From Minutocellus sp. GHC0000111 (lineage: Eukaryota): a stretch of DNA of 64,000 nucleotides. Of the stretch, positions 26,028 to 36,892 are shown piece by piece; positions within the stretch are counted from its first letter, which is position 1; each line of letters opens with the position of its first letter. The notes under the pieces are model-generated. The model searched no databases, was not told where the DNA came from, and worked only from the letters and a program-made list of their open reading frames with translations. The stretch is from positions 2,170,001 through 2,234,000 of the forward strand of contig OZ361258.1 of the NCBI GenBank assembly GCA_977018835.1, given 5' to 3'. A program made the translations under genes and the position numbers.

Positions 26028-26843
26028 ATGAAAGGAGAACAAGACGAAAGCGCGGGGGACCGGCTCCGCGATATCCACGATGAGCTTAGCAACAATCCAG
26101 ATCAGCAGGACAAAACCTCCACTAGCTCTGGATCGTGGCTCCCACTAGAGTCAAATTCCGAGATTTTTACTTCATTCGCTCGGCATGTTGCCAATCTCCC
26201 GCCGGAGTGGATCTTCATCGACGTCTTTGGCTTCGATGACGAGACAATGCGGTTGATCCCACGGCCAGTTGCGGCTGTCATTCTCCTATTCCCTTGTACA
26301 GACCCACTGTACGCAGCACGGGCCGTTCAGAAAAAGATCTTGCTCAAGGCACAGGCCAGCGGCAATCTCACCCCGGCAGCGAAGAGCGCCTTGCACATTG
26401 AACAGGTCAAGTCGTTTGGCAACGCGTGCGGATCAATCGCTGCAATGCACGCTCTGTCCAACTTTGACCTCTCCCTTGCCGGGCCGCTGGCGCAGTTCAA
26501 AGAATCGACGTCGCACTTGTCCACCGCCAGGGAGCGTGGGAATGTCCTCGTGGCGTCGGATATCCACGGTCTCTCCGATGAGTCTGCTACCGACAACGTG
26601 GCACAGACAGAGTGCCCAGAGAACGGAGATACCTACCTCGGACATCATTATTGCTGCTTCGTCAGTATCGGCGGGCACATCGTGGAGCTGGACGGTACAA
26701 AGGTCGTCCCGGTTGATCATGGACCCATACCAAACGACTCTGATTTGTTGAAGGAAACTGCGATGGTTGTAAGAGAAGTGTTCACGTCTGTTGAGCCAGA
26801 TCGAATTGATTTCAGTTTGATGGCCTTGGCCAAGACGGGGTAA
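26028..26843 (+). CDS. Ubiquitin C-terminal hydrolase (peptidase C12, UCH-L3-like)
   Basis: 'WLPLESNSEIF', catalytic 'Q...NACG', 'HYCCFV...ELDG', C-terminal 'FSLMAL'. Confidence 0.9.
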   Translation: MKGEQDESAGDRLRDIHDELSNNPDQQDKTSTSSGSWLPLESNSEIFTSFARHVANLPPEWIFIDVFGFDDETMRLIPRPVAAVILLFPCTDPLYAARAVQKKILLKAQASGNLTPAAKSALHIEQVKSFGNACGSIAAMHALSNFDLSLAGPLAQFKESTSHLSTARERGNVLVASDIHGLSDESATDNVAQTECPENGDTYLGHHYCCFVSIGGHIVELDGTKVVPVDHGPIPNDSDLLKETAMVVREVFTSVEPDRIDFSLMALAKTG

Positions 26844-27061
26844 TGATACAAGTAATGGGTATGTAGGCCTAGCATTTAGAACAATCGCCACCAATCTCTA
26901 GCATTTTTAATTTATCGATCTGCCTTCGCATGGCGGTATAAGTGCCGGCCCTTCTTGTGTCCCTTTTCACTTTGAATGCCATCCTCCTCCTCGACGAGGA
27001 ATTCCAAGTCATGTTTCATCTCCTCCGTCTGGCCAATGGCGATGTCCTTATTTCGCCCAAT

Positions 27062-28639
27062 TCATCGCTTTTTCAGATATTCTTTGCTTCCCATCTCATC
27101 AAGCCGACTTCTCGTCCTGTCGAAAGAAAAGGCTTCGTCCTGGTGAGCGTTGTCTAGCTGAACCTCAAAGATATCTCTGGTCTGGGTCTCAAGTTGCAGG
27201 ATCAGCTTCACATGCGCCTCGTACATGCAGTCGATGAATGTTATGAGGCGACGAAGGACATTCAGATCATTTAGAGTGAGCCTGGGCACGCCGTCAACAA
27301 AAACAGTGTGGAAGTTTTCACCGATGCAGATATAATCTGCAGCTCCGAGTGCCTTTTTGCATAGGTCGTCGAAATGAAACTTCGCGCACCCAACTTCTAA
27401 GCTCGCCAGCGGCACCTGAACCCGCCTGCCCTGCGTCGACAGGGACGTCGGTGCAACGGTCTCTCCTTTTGTGAGCGAATAAAAGGCACTCTCAAAATCG
27501 CCCCGACTTGCTTCGCCAACGAAATATACCCCCTTGGCAGCGGAAGCTCCTTGAATGAGCCTGTAGTCCGTCTCGCTTTCCCACATTGATACCACTGAGG
27601 TCTTCTCTTCTAACAAATCAATAAACGGCAAAAAACGATCGCGTTGCAAACCATTGAGATATAAATCCCTGGGGGGTCTGTTTGACGTCGCCACAATGAT
27701 GGCACCCTGATCGATAAGGCCGGTGAACAGCCTGCGCAAGATGAGCGCATCGGCAACATCGGTTACCTGGAATTCGTCAAACGCAATCAGAAGCCCGTTA
27801 TCCAATATCTTCTCAATGACGCGAGGCAATACATCTCCTTGCACCCTGTCTACCATCTTGGCCGCATGCATCTGTTTGTGGACCTTGTTCAACATGAAGG
27901 AGTGAAAATGCACCTTTTGTGCTCCGATCTGGAGCTTGGGGTGGCGCTCATCGTTATCAGCGCCGACAATCGAGTTGTAGAACAAGTCCATGCAGAAAGT
28001 CTTCCCACATCCGACCCCTCCATGGATGTAGACTCCTCGAGGAGGCGAAGATGCAAGTTTGTCATCTTTGTTGCCAGTAGCATTGCTACTGCCACCAAAT
28101 GCGCTTACCGAAGAGAAAAGATTGCTGAAGAATCCACCACCTTCTTGTTCAGTAGTGGATTCATCGCGAGCGGTACTGGCAGAGCTATCGCTGCTACCAC
28201 TATTGCTCGTCCCATATCGCTGGATGAGCTGAAAACGCAACCGATCCAGTTCGGTGAGTGCACGTATCTGGTGTTCGTCACGCGCCGATCCACCCTCCCG
28301 ACACATTTGTTCGTACATCTCGACGAGATATGTCGCATTATTGCTGCTTGCTTTTGCTGCGTTCGCGGCGATGGCCTCGTCGCGCCCGTTCTTCTCGGAT
28401 AATGATGCTGCTGCTGTTGTTGCGGAACTCAAGCATCTTTTATTGGCGACGGGATAGTAGGTTCTAGGAGGATGTGAAATCCTGCGGGCACGACGGCAGT
28501 TGGTCACTAAATGTGCTCCTGAAAGCGCTTTCGGCGTCAAGGAGGAAATTTCACGTGTGCAAGAGGAGGGACCAACCGCCCTCGATGACAGAAGGAGTCG
28601 TTTCGGGCAATTCCGGGGGAGCATCGGCGTCGAGAGCAT
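27062..28639 (-). CDS. AFG1: AFG1/LACE1 (ZapE-like) mitochondrial ATPase
   Basis: 'PRGVYIHGGVGCGKTFCMDLF', 'VHFHSFM', 'FDEFQVTDVADA', 'ATSNRPP..LY.NGLQR', 'FDRTRSRL.EM'; Arg/Ser-rich presequence. Confidence 0.92.
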   Translation of the reverse strand: MLSTPMLPRNCPKRLLLSSRAVGPSSCTREISSLTPKALSGAHLVTNCRRARRISHPPRTYYPVANKRCLSSATTAAASLSEKNGRDEAIAANAAKASSNNATYLVEMYEQMCREGGSARDEHQIRALTELDRLRFQLIQRYGTSNSGSSDSSASTARDESTTEQEGGGFFSNLFSSVSAFGGSSNATGNKDDKLASSPPRGVYIHGGVGCGKTFCMDLFYNSIVGADNDERHPKLQIGAQKVHFHSFMLNKVHKQMHAAKMVDRVQGDVLPRVIEKILDNGLLIAFDEFQVTDVADALILRRLFTGLIDQGAIIVATSNRPPRDLYLNGLQRDRFLPFIDLLEEKTSVVSMWESETDYRLIQGASAAKGVYFVGEASRGDFESAFYSLTKGETVAPTSLSTQGRRVQVPLASLEVGCAKFHFDDLCKKALGAADYICIGENFHTVFVDGVPRLTLNDLNVLRRLITFIDCMYEAHVKLILQLETQTRDIFEVQLDNAHQDEAFSFDRTRSRLDEMGSKEYLKKR

Positions 28640-28699
28640 CTATTACACGGCAGCGCCGGCAGCGAATAACTGCCTGCACTGCAGCTCTCCTCCTGATGC

Positions 28700-30897
28700 G
28701 CGGTGGCGTATCGCCGAGCTTAGAGATCTCTCTTGTTCGATCATCTCTTCAACACGTCCCAACACGACACGAGGTCAATATCCAACGACGACGTCCAGAG
28801 AAAATATCAGGCCTTGACGTTGCAAAGCCCTTCTACCGCTTCTCCAGAATAGCCGATAACGCCAGCCCACGCTCTCAACGCAATGGCAAGCGATCACTGC
28901 CGACCATATCTGAAAATTACTTCCAGGACGATGAAAAGCATGGGCCCCATCTCAACGCGATACTGAAATATTATTCCGACAAGAATTCTTCGGTCGGTCG
29001 GTCATCTACTCCCACCGCCAACGCTGCCGATCGTCCCAACATCACCGGCGTGCAGCTCAACGGCAAAAGAATTGTGGTTGAGATGAAGCAGCTGTGTGAT
29101 TTCGTACAGAATCTCCACCGATCGTGCGGCAATCTGCATCTCTCGGCCGAGCCAGTTCGGCGTGGATTCGGCGTTACATTTGAATGGCGATGCGATAGAT
29201 GCAACCAACCTTTTTCTTTTTGCACTTGGATCGGCCAGAGGTCAGAAGTTGTGTGCCCCGGCAGAAAGCATTCTAGAAGTCAGGCTGGAATGAACTTGGA
29301 GCTGATGGAGGCAGCGGAAGATGAGGCCATGTGCGCAAGTCGCTTCATGAATTTCTGCACGAAGGCCGACATCGTCCATCCGACCGAAAAGAATGCCCGA
29401 CAGGTGGAAAAGAAATGCAGAGCAGCGGCTATTGAAGCAGCTGATGAAATCATTGACGAGAATAGGGCAAAAGCATATGCCGCTAGCAGCAAGACTGTTG
29501 AGTTTGAACAAGGCGGCGAGATGCACACGGCGGCGGTGGTTACGGTGGCCCAAGACGGCAGCGCCCTCAAACGCGACTACGGCCATTGCTACACTGGCTC
29601 TGCTGCAGCGGTATTTGCCGTAGACAAGGAAACTGGCCTTGTTGTTGACAAGGGAATCTCTCAGGCAAGCTGCCACTATTGCGTGAGAGCCTGCAATGCA
29701 AGATTGAGGGAGAGGCGGGAAGCCGGCAATCCAATAACGCCGAGTGAGCTCAAAAACATGAGCAAGGATGAGACACTGGCCCTGCACGACCATGATGGCT
29801 TCTGCTATCGCAACTCTTCCTACTCCCCCGGTGTGGCAGAGGAGCATCTGGCCGAGAATGTTGGGAGTTGAAAATTTTAATGCCATCCCCCGACCACGCA
29901 TCAATCGGATGAAACAGGACATTTCGAAGATTACTGATCGGTACAAGCACAGCGTTCTCGATCAGCCCGATGGTGCTGTGTCCGAGGAGGAAAAACAAAG
30001 TCATCTGGCCTCCTTCAGAAAGAACTCCAGTCCGTCGTTCGTCACCAATGTGGCATTCACACTTTTTGCACCACCAACACGTGTGATTGGATTCGCCTCA
30101 GCATTGCTCATCCTGATTGGAGTGATGGCAAGCTCGATGAGGAATGGAGCTCGGGGAATCAATTCGATGGCGACATATTGGAGATTAGTGACGACACGAT
30201 TCGCAAGATGACGCTTGAAATAACCAAGAGAATCAACAAGAATACTGCCGACTCCAACTGCAAGAAGGAATCTACCACCGGCGTCGAACAGCTCAACGGG
30301 ATGGTGACGAAGTTCACGATGGGGAAAAGGCCGAATTTGACTGCTTCAGACGCCTACCCAAATGCAACAAGTAGAGCCGCTGGCCACAAGTCACTGGGTA
30401 CGGAATTCAATGAGCGAGTTCTTGGAAAGTTGGGATCGAGGGATTCTCCTACCCGAAAAGATGGGTTCGATGCAATTGACCGGAAGCTCGAGGGCGACCT
30501 TGCGCGTAAGCGCACCGATGAGTACAAAAAGAGCAAGAGCGACAGCAAGCGCCTTCGAGCAGTCTTGCGAAACAGAAGCGAGAAAGACGACAAGGACTAT
30601 GTGTACAAGAAGAACAGGGCCCTAGCTGCTGGTAAGGCGAAACCAGCAAAGCCTGGCCGCAAGAAGAAGATTGACCAGCAGTGTCAGAAATGCAAGCAGC
30701 TTGGCCACACTCGGGCTGAATGTCAATGCGACGATGCTGACGACGTTGTCGTTTACGCCGGAAAGAAGCGCAGAAGCCCAGGCAGCAACAAGAAATCTGC
30801 AAGAAATAATAAGAAAGCTAAGACAAACTTCGGTGTATCGGCAAATGATGTTAGCTCTTGGATGCCGGCGATACTGAGAGAAAATGGCAGCTTGTAA
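28700..30897 (+). mobile_element. Disrupted Phantom/Kolobok-type (Mutator-like) DDE transposase: 5' start unclear, internal deletion near 29866, frameshift near 30020, C-terminal CCHC knuckle
   Basis: 'RRGFG...CDRC', 'VAQDGSALKRDYGHCY...ETGLVVD....SCHYC...H...CYRN', 'STTGVEQLNGMVTKFTMGKRPN', 'CQKCKQLGHTRAEC'. Confidence 0.75.
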
Positions 30898-31001
30898 ACA
30901 CGTGTAAAATATTTTATCACTGTAAATAAAAATGGATTTATTGTGTGCTGTTACTCACGTGCTACGCACATTCTTGTTATCTACATGTGTTGAGGTAATG
31001 A

Positions 31002-32231
31002 TTATGCATTTTCCTCTTCTTCTTCCTCTTCATCTTGATGACCAGGGATGAATCCAACATATCGTTCACCTTTATCATTTGGATAAATGAACCTAATGCA
31101 AAAGACTAGACAGGTTGGCAAGGGCTTCCGATCAAGCCAACCTCTCACATGATACACCTCAGTTGCATAGTACCAATACAGCATGTTCCTCTTCAAATTA
31201 TTTGCCATGGCTTCGACTGGCATGGTGGTTGCGTAGTATTTGTCAGCGATATCCTCCAGGTCCTCCTCCGTCGGCACCAGCATTTCTTCGCAGACGCATT
31301 TCTGAAAGAAGAGTGTGCCGTACATTGAGCAGCTTCGGTTGGCGGCAGTGCAGCAAGCAGGGGGTATTGGCGGCCTCTCTCTGGTCTCGTCCCAATTACC
31401 GAATGTGTCTGCCTCCGGCGCTGCCGTCGGATCATCGTCGGCTTCCTCACAAACGGCCGCAACAAGAGCATCCGTGTCCGATCTGATCGCTGCTGATGGC
31501 CCACCATCTACCTGCAGAAGTTGGCCCATTCCAACAATATCAAAATCAACTAGTCCAATCCCAGCAGTAGAGTGTATGTCATCATATGGAGCCACATGCC
31601 ATCGGTGGAACTTTGTCAATTTGATCACATGGCCCTGTTGTAGACTTCGGGCCTTTTCGGTAATTGTCAGGGCAACACGAGCGACGATAAGCTTTCCGCT
31701 TCCATCAAGCAAAGTAAGCGATGTGGTGTTGAAAGGTCGGCCGTGCGCAGCAAGAGCCGATCCAATATCGATCCGTTTCCCATGAAGTTGAAATATAGGG
31801 AAGAATTCAGGTCCGGCGTCAAACATGGGATCTTGCAATTGATCGACGATGCCGACCGTCAGCCTCAACTTCACATCAGCCACGGACAGGTTGGTAACTA
31901 CGAGGCCGGGCCGCTCAGCAGCGACATCAATATCATCCCGAACATGATACTTATCAGCGCGAGCCTCGACTGCTTTGACAAGATGTTGAAGTGCATGGCC
32001 GACGCCGGGATTGTTCCATAATTCTCGTCCTTGTCCGTTCGGGTCGTTCTCCAACGTGACGGCGAGGCCCTCCAGTATCTCGGTAACGGCGTCTTTCGCT
32101 TTGTCCTCCGCCTTCTCTTTCTTCTTGTCAACAGGCAAAATCGGGCGACCGGAGTTATCTGTCTTGAGTTTCCGCAACCGCGTATCTGCGTTGTGGGCCG
32201 GGCCGGCACTATTATCAGCGCTGCGCTTCAT
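31002..32231 (-). CDS. Transposon accessory protein: OB-fold-like region plus a C-terminal P2X7-ballast/KolX-like Cys domain
   Basis: 'KRNMLYWYY...RKPLPTCLVFCIRFIYPNDKGERYVGF' fits R-x-x-LP-x-C-x-V-x-x-IR-x-x-YP...Y-x-GF. OB-like 'LTLLDGSG...LQQGHVIKLTKF'. Convergent with the transposase. Confidence 0.65.
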   Translation of the reverse strand: MKRSADNSAGPAHNADTRLRKLKTDNSGRPILPVDKKKEKAEDKAKDAVTEILEGLAVTLENDPNGQGRELWNNPGVGHALQHLVKAVEARADKYHVRDDIDVAAERPGLVVTNLSVADVKLRLTVGIVDQLQDPMFDAGPEFFPIFQLHGKRIDIGSALAAHGRPFNTTSLTLLDGSGKLIVARVALTITEKARSLQQGHVIKLTKFHRWHVAPYDDIHSTAGIGLVDFDIVGMGQLLQVDGGPSAAIRSDTDALVAAVCEEADDDPTAAPEADTFGNWDETRERPPIPPACCTAANRSCSMYGTLFFQKCVCEEMLVPTEEDLEDIADKYYATTMPVEAMANNLKRNMLYWYYATEVYHVRGWLDRKPLPTCLVFCIRFIYPNDKGERYVGFIPGHQDEEEEEEENA

Positions 32232-32835
32232 CGTAATGAAGAGGGGGCAGAGCGGCGATTCTCATGGTGGGGTCGAGTTTTTGTCATGCTTCGCTCGTCA
32301 TAAGAAATAAGAATAAGGGGGATTAAAAACGGGGAAAATTATGGACAGCGCCCTCTTAACCCGACGACGACAGACACATCATCCTTACACTCCTGAATCG
32401 AATTTTCCCTGTATTTTGCTTCAAATCTGAAGTTAGAGGAGTACTTACCAAAATGTCCCCCGGACAGGCCGAAGCGCCACTTGGACAGAAAAAAGTCGAT
32501 TCCCCAATTTCGGCGATGGCGGCGCTTGGTCGCAAGGGGAATGGCGGCGACCAGCGGCGAGGAGTACAAGCATGGATTAGGAATTCTGTACTGAAAGAGT
32601 AGGCGTAGAGGATTCCTAGCCAAGCAAAGCAAGCACCCGAAGACAGCCAAAAGGGGGATTGGCCAATCTGGTGACCGACGGAGCCGTGGTATCCTGTGGC
32701 TTTCGTTCGGCATATCTTGTGCCGAAAATTCCATTTCCCGCCAAAACAGTCACAAGAGCAAAAAGAGGAGGAAGATACCACCCCAGAAGTCAAAGTTAAG
32801 CTTTCACATCCAAATCGCTGCTGCGATCCCGACAG

Positions 32836-35043
32836 ATGTCGCAGCGGCGACCACCGTCGCCGCGGGGCCAAGGGCGGGAGACGCCCAGCGTGCCTCGATC
32901 GCCGAGGACGACGACGACCGGCAGCACGAGTATGGCGTCGCCGAGGAATTCTACCGCAAATCAGAAGCAGACAGCAACGAGGCTGCAGGTCCAAACGTTG
33001 GATCCATCTGCTGCGGTGGCCGAGGGTGACAATCGTGCCGCGGCGGCAGCAGGCAGCGATCTGCCGCCTCAGTCTCCCCATCCGCCCAAGTCGCCCAGGA
33101 CCAAGCCGTATCGGGCGCGCGGATCGAGGGGCCGAGGAGGCCGACGTCGCCGAGCGGCGCAGAAGCAGGCCGAGGCCGAAGCGGCGGCGGCGGCCCTGCT
33201 GGTATCTCCGGCCTCTTCCGCTGCTACGGCAGGCGAATCGCCGCGATCCATGACGTCGATGGCAGGCGAAGATGCGTACAGCGACGCCGATGCCGATGCC
33301 GTATCTTCCTACTTGTCAAGCCCGGGTCCGAGTCCACTCCCAAGTCCACGTCAATACAAATACAACTACCAGACGCATGAGTATGAGGGAACAGCAGCCC
33401 AAAAGCGAGAGCCACCCCAGCAGCCATCGTCTGCACCCACGCCCACACCTACACCGCCTCTGTCGCCCTTTCATCAGCAGCTGGAGGGTTTGAGCCACGC
33501 CGCCTCCCAAGCTGCCGATGCCGCGCAAGCTGCCGCCGTCACCTCCGCGGAGATATTCGATCCGCCCCGCATCCAGCGCAAGATGGATGCCATGGCCGCC
33601 AGCGCCGCCAGGACCGCCAGCACGTGGTCGTCCACCATCGACCGACCCATGGAGACTATAGAAATCCTAACCGATCGACTTTGTCCGGTCCGGCAGGATG
33701 CCACCTCCGACGATGCCTACAATGCAACTTCCAACATCGATGCCACCGCCTTCCCCCCACCCGGGCTGCAGCGCCTTCGCACGTTCTCGTCCGAGCTGTC
33801 CGTATCGTCCACCTTTGATTCCCCCCGTGGACGAGCCGGAACCGACGTCTCGTACCAGTCGACGGAATCAAATTATCTTCCTCCTGCCCCCCCTGCCGCC
33901 GCCAACACCAACACTACCATGCCCCAAATAGCCGAAGACCTCGATCTCGAGGGCCTGGCCTTGATCGAGGAAGATAAAGATCTCAACCTCGTCCGGACCG
34001 ATACCCACATCACCTCCATGTCGACGGCATCGACCAACTTTGGAGGGGCCAACAGCAGCCAAATGACGCAGCATCATTCCGTAACGTCCACCGCCACCGT
34101 CAACACTGCCTCGGTCGTATCATCCTCGCCACCAAGAGGCTATGTCCGTCCCTTGGTGTCCCTGGAGGATCAGCACCTGTTTGGAGGCGGCGGCAGTGGA
34201 GGCATGGGAAGCGCAGTCCCCTCCCCCCGATCGCGGACGTCGTCGTGCGAGTACAGCGAATACAGCACCGCCAGCACGCAGGCCATCCTCGACGGACATC
34301 CCGGCGTCCTCCCCCCGCCCATGTCGACGTCGCACCACGCCAAGACGGACCGCCCGCAGTACGAGTCGCGCTTTTTGGCCGGCGGGGGTTATGGCGGCTT
34401 GGCCGGCGCCGAGGGGGGCAGGTTCTGGGACGACGAAGAGCACGGCGACGTCTACAGCTTCTCGGACGAGTCCAGTATGCAGTCGAATGGCTACTTCTTC
34501 CGGGAGAGCGGTGCCACGCCGCGCAGTATGGGCCTGCCTCCTCCGCCCTCCGCATCGAAAGCTTCCGGAGGGCATTCTGCTGCCGCCGGCAGGGGACGGA
34601 CCTTCACCGACCCCACCCACACCGCCATGGGCTTCAACCAACCGGCCCCTATACCGTTTGCGGTGGAGCAAGTTGAACATGCGAAGGCAGCTGCTTTGAG
34701 AGAGCATCAAATTCAATCCCAAGGGCACCACCTCGGTAGCACTGCTGCTACCCCCACCACCACGACGACTATACATCGAAACAGTCACGCGGTAGAGACG
34801 AAACATCAGGCCCATCCTTCAGTAGTAGGAAATAGGGGACGTACCTTCAGCGAGCCCACTGCTGAAGGAAGAGGAGGGGGGACCAAGACGGATGAAATAG
34901 ATTCGACCATATCTCAGGACGACAGTGCCAGCCTTTTCAATATTTCGCCCAAATCCTTTCTGTTGGGCCAACAAAGTGGCGGTGGCGGTGGCGATGGTGA
35001 TTCCGGCACTCAGAAACCTCGCTTTGACTACGAGGGAAAGTAG
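32836..35043 (+). CDS. Low-complexity Ser/Pro/Ala/Gly-rich disordered protein (735 aa; possibly an incomplete gene)
   Basis: Long ORF with consistent codon bias and repeated 'GRGRTF(S/T)' motifs; no folded domain recognised. Confidence 0.55.
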   Translation: MSQRRPPSPRGQGRETPSVPRSPRTTTTGSTSMASPRNSTANQKQTATRLQVQTLDPSAAVAEGDNRAAAAAGSDLPPQSPHPPKSPRTKPYRARGSRGRGGRRRRAAQKQAEAEAAAAALLVSPASSAATAGESPRSMTSMAGEDAYSDADADAVSSYLSSPGPSPLPSPRQYKYNYQTHEYEGTAAQKREPPQQPSSAPTPTPTPPLSPFHQQLEGLSHAASQAADAAQAAAVTSAEIFDPPRIQRKMDAMAASAARTASTWSSTIDRPMETIEILTDRLCPVRQDATSDDAYNATSNIDATAFPPPGLQRLRTFSSELSVSSTFDSPRGRAGTDVSYQSTESNYLPPAPPAAANTNTTMPQIAEDLDLEGLALIEEDKDLNLVRTDTHITSMSTASTNFGGANSSQMTQHHSVTSTATVNTASVVSSSPPRGYVRPLVSLEDQHLFGGGGSGGMGSAVPSPRSRTSSCEYSEYSTASTQAILDGHPGVLPPPMSTSHHAKTDRPQYESRFLAGGGYGGLAGAEGGRFWDDEEHGDVYSFSDESSMQSNGYFFRESGATPRSMGLPPPPSASKASGGHSAAAGRGRTFTDPTHTAMGFNQPAPIPFAVEQVEHAKAAALREHQIQSQGHHLGSTAATPTTTTTIHRNSHAVETKHQAHPSVVGNRGRTFSEPTAEGRGGGTKTDEIDSTISQDDSASLFNISPKSFLLGQQSGGGGGDGDSGTQKPRFDYEGK

Positions 35044-35464
35044 AGACAGCGAGAGAGGTTCATTGTGGACGAAGATGCATGTTTTTATTTTTATGTTTCA
35101 TCATATTTATTTCTGTTTCATGTTCCGGATTAATGTTTATTTTCAATTGGATAAAGAAGGCATCGGCACTGCGTTAATGGAAATACAAAATCGAGAGAGA
35201 ATGAAAAGAGAGAAGAAGTAGGAATTCGTACATGTACCGGTAGACTCTAGTGATCTACATGTACGAATTGGTGGTAGGCTTTAAAAAGAGAGCGCGGCGG
35301 CGGCGGCGGTGACGAAGAAGGAAGAAGAAGAAGAAGAGGATGATCCGGATTCGGCGATTTCTTTTGTCCAGATAGACATATAATTCATAGATTCAAGCTC
35401 ATAGACGAACGTTTATATTCTTAGAGTTGAGCTATTGGCACCATGCTACCGGCATTCGCCTGGG

Positions 35465-35495
35465 CTCTCCCTCCCTCTCTCTCTCTCTCTCTCTC
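35465..35495. repeat. (CT)n microsatellite
   Basis: ctctccctccctctctctctctctctctctc. Confidence 0.9.
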
Positions 35496-35751
35496 CACAA
35501 GGCTCGACTCGATCGACTCGATGTGCAAACTGTCTGGCCGTCTATCCAGCTAGTAGTAAAGTACGAAACGCCTGTGCCAAATGTCTGAACGTCAGTCCCA
35601 ACGCCGGCCACGCAACATGAGTGGTTTTGCACGCGTGTTTGCAACCAGCATCAAATTCTCGCCACAAGCCTGTACCTTGTGGTATTGGCACTTCATACTA
35701 CTCCAAGCTCTTAATAGCACAGTCTTTCCACCAAATAAAAGGCAAAACAAT

Positions 35752-36645
35752 ATGCTTCGCTCTATTGCATCATCGTGCACTCGCCGGTCGGTGGTATCTA
35801 AATCGCAGAGCTCCGTCATATTTGGCCAACAAAGTAGTGCAGCAAGGCGAGAATTTTCTTCGTCGTCCACGGATGCCGAAGGACAGCAGGACGTGCCATT
35901 CAACCGCGTCTACACCCACCCTCTGTCGCAGGTAGTGCTGGAACATTTGCAGAATGTTCACGGAGAGTGGCTCATGCGGAAGGGCCTTGATCGTGGACTC
36001 ACGGTCAATCGAGGTGAGAATGTCTTCCTGGAATTCTTGCCCTACAATGCTCCGTGCACGCCTTGTTCCGGTAGGGATTCCTACTAGGCGAAGGAGAAAT
36101 GAAACGAAAGGCGGCCGTATGTGACATTGTCCGTTAATGAATACTCATTGGCGAACCCTATACATACTGTTGACGCCGCGCTCGACCTTTTCTCTCACCG
36201 CTGTCTTTGTGCCTTCCTCTCTACTTCCCTCATTTTCCCTGTCGCAGACGGAAGTTTCTGCATTCAGTTCCCCGCCAATTATCCCGGTGATGATAGCGGC
36301 CGAATTTGGTACGTGCGCATTTGTCTAGATATTTTGTTGGTTTACAAATGTATTTCGAAACTACTATCATGCATGGTGCGTAGGCCTCAAATGCTGATAA
36401 ATTCTCACAATTCTCACACTGCGAAACGCACCAAAAACAACAGGACTAGCTACGATGCAGCCAAGAAGCAGCATTGGCTCTCGGTTTATAAACATGAGCT
36501 GCTTGGTCGCTATCCATTGCATCAGGGTGAAGGAGAATGGGCTTGTCAGATGGAAAAGTATATGATGAGGACAACCGTAGATCGAATGGTGGAACGCATT
36601 TCCGAGGCTGATCGCAAGAGTGATGCCGGAACCGCGATTTCGTAG
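35752..36645 (+). CDS. Small hypothetical protein with a mitochondrial-type presequence; introns 36014-36247 and 36309-36443
   Basis: 'MLRSIASSCTRRS...'. Two GT-AG introns join 'HPLSQVVLEHLQ...TVNR|DGSF...GRIW|TSYD...' in frame. Confidence 0.7.
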
Positions 36646-36892
36646 CTTTCGGGAATCGATAGTTCAGGCTTGGGGCGAGGAAAACAACATTGTTTTGGTT
36701 AACTATGCCGAGGAGAGGAAATACTGCTGTGAGAGAAGAATGGCCGGCAATCAGCTGGACAGAGGCTGGCGGTTATGCTGATTATCCGGCGGAACATGCG
36801 ACTATACTTATATTTGGCTATTTGTGAACATATATTATCATAAAGAACAAGTAGAAATCTTCGAACAAAAACGAATGCATCCCACCTCAACT

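Noticed and set aside
27062..27064. Selenocysteine or alternative genetic code reading of in-frame stops
   Set aside because: No SECIS or redox-motif context; TGA and TAA act as normal stops in other genes of the window.
28474..28700. N-terminal extension of the transposase ORF overlapping AFG1
   Set aside because: It is the antisense of the AFG1 presequence, not a plausible real start.
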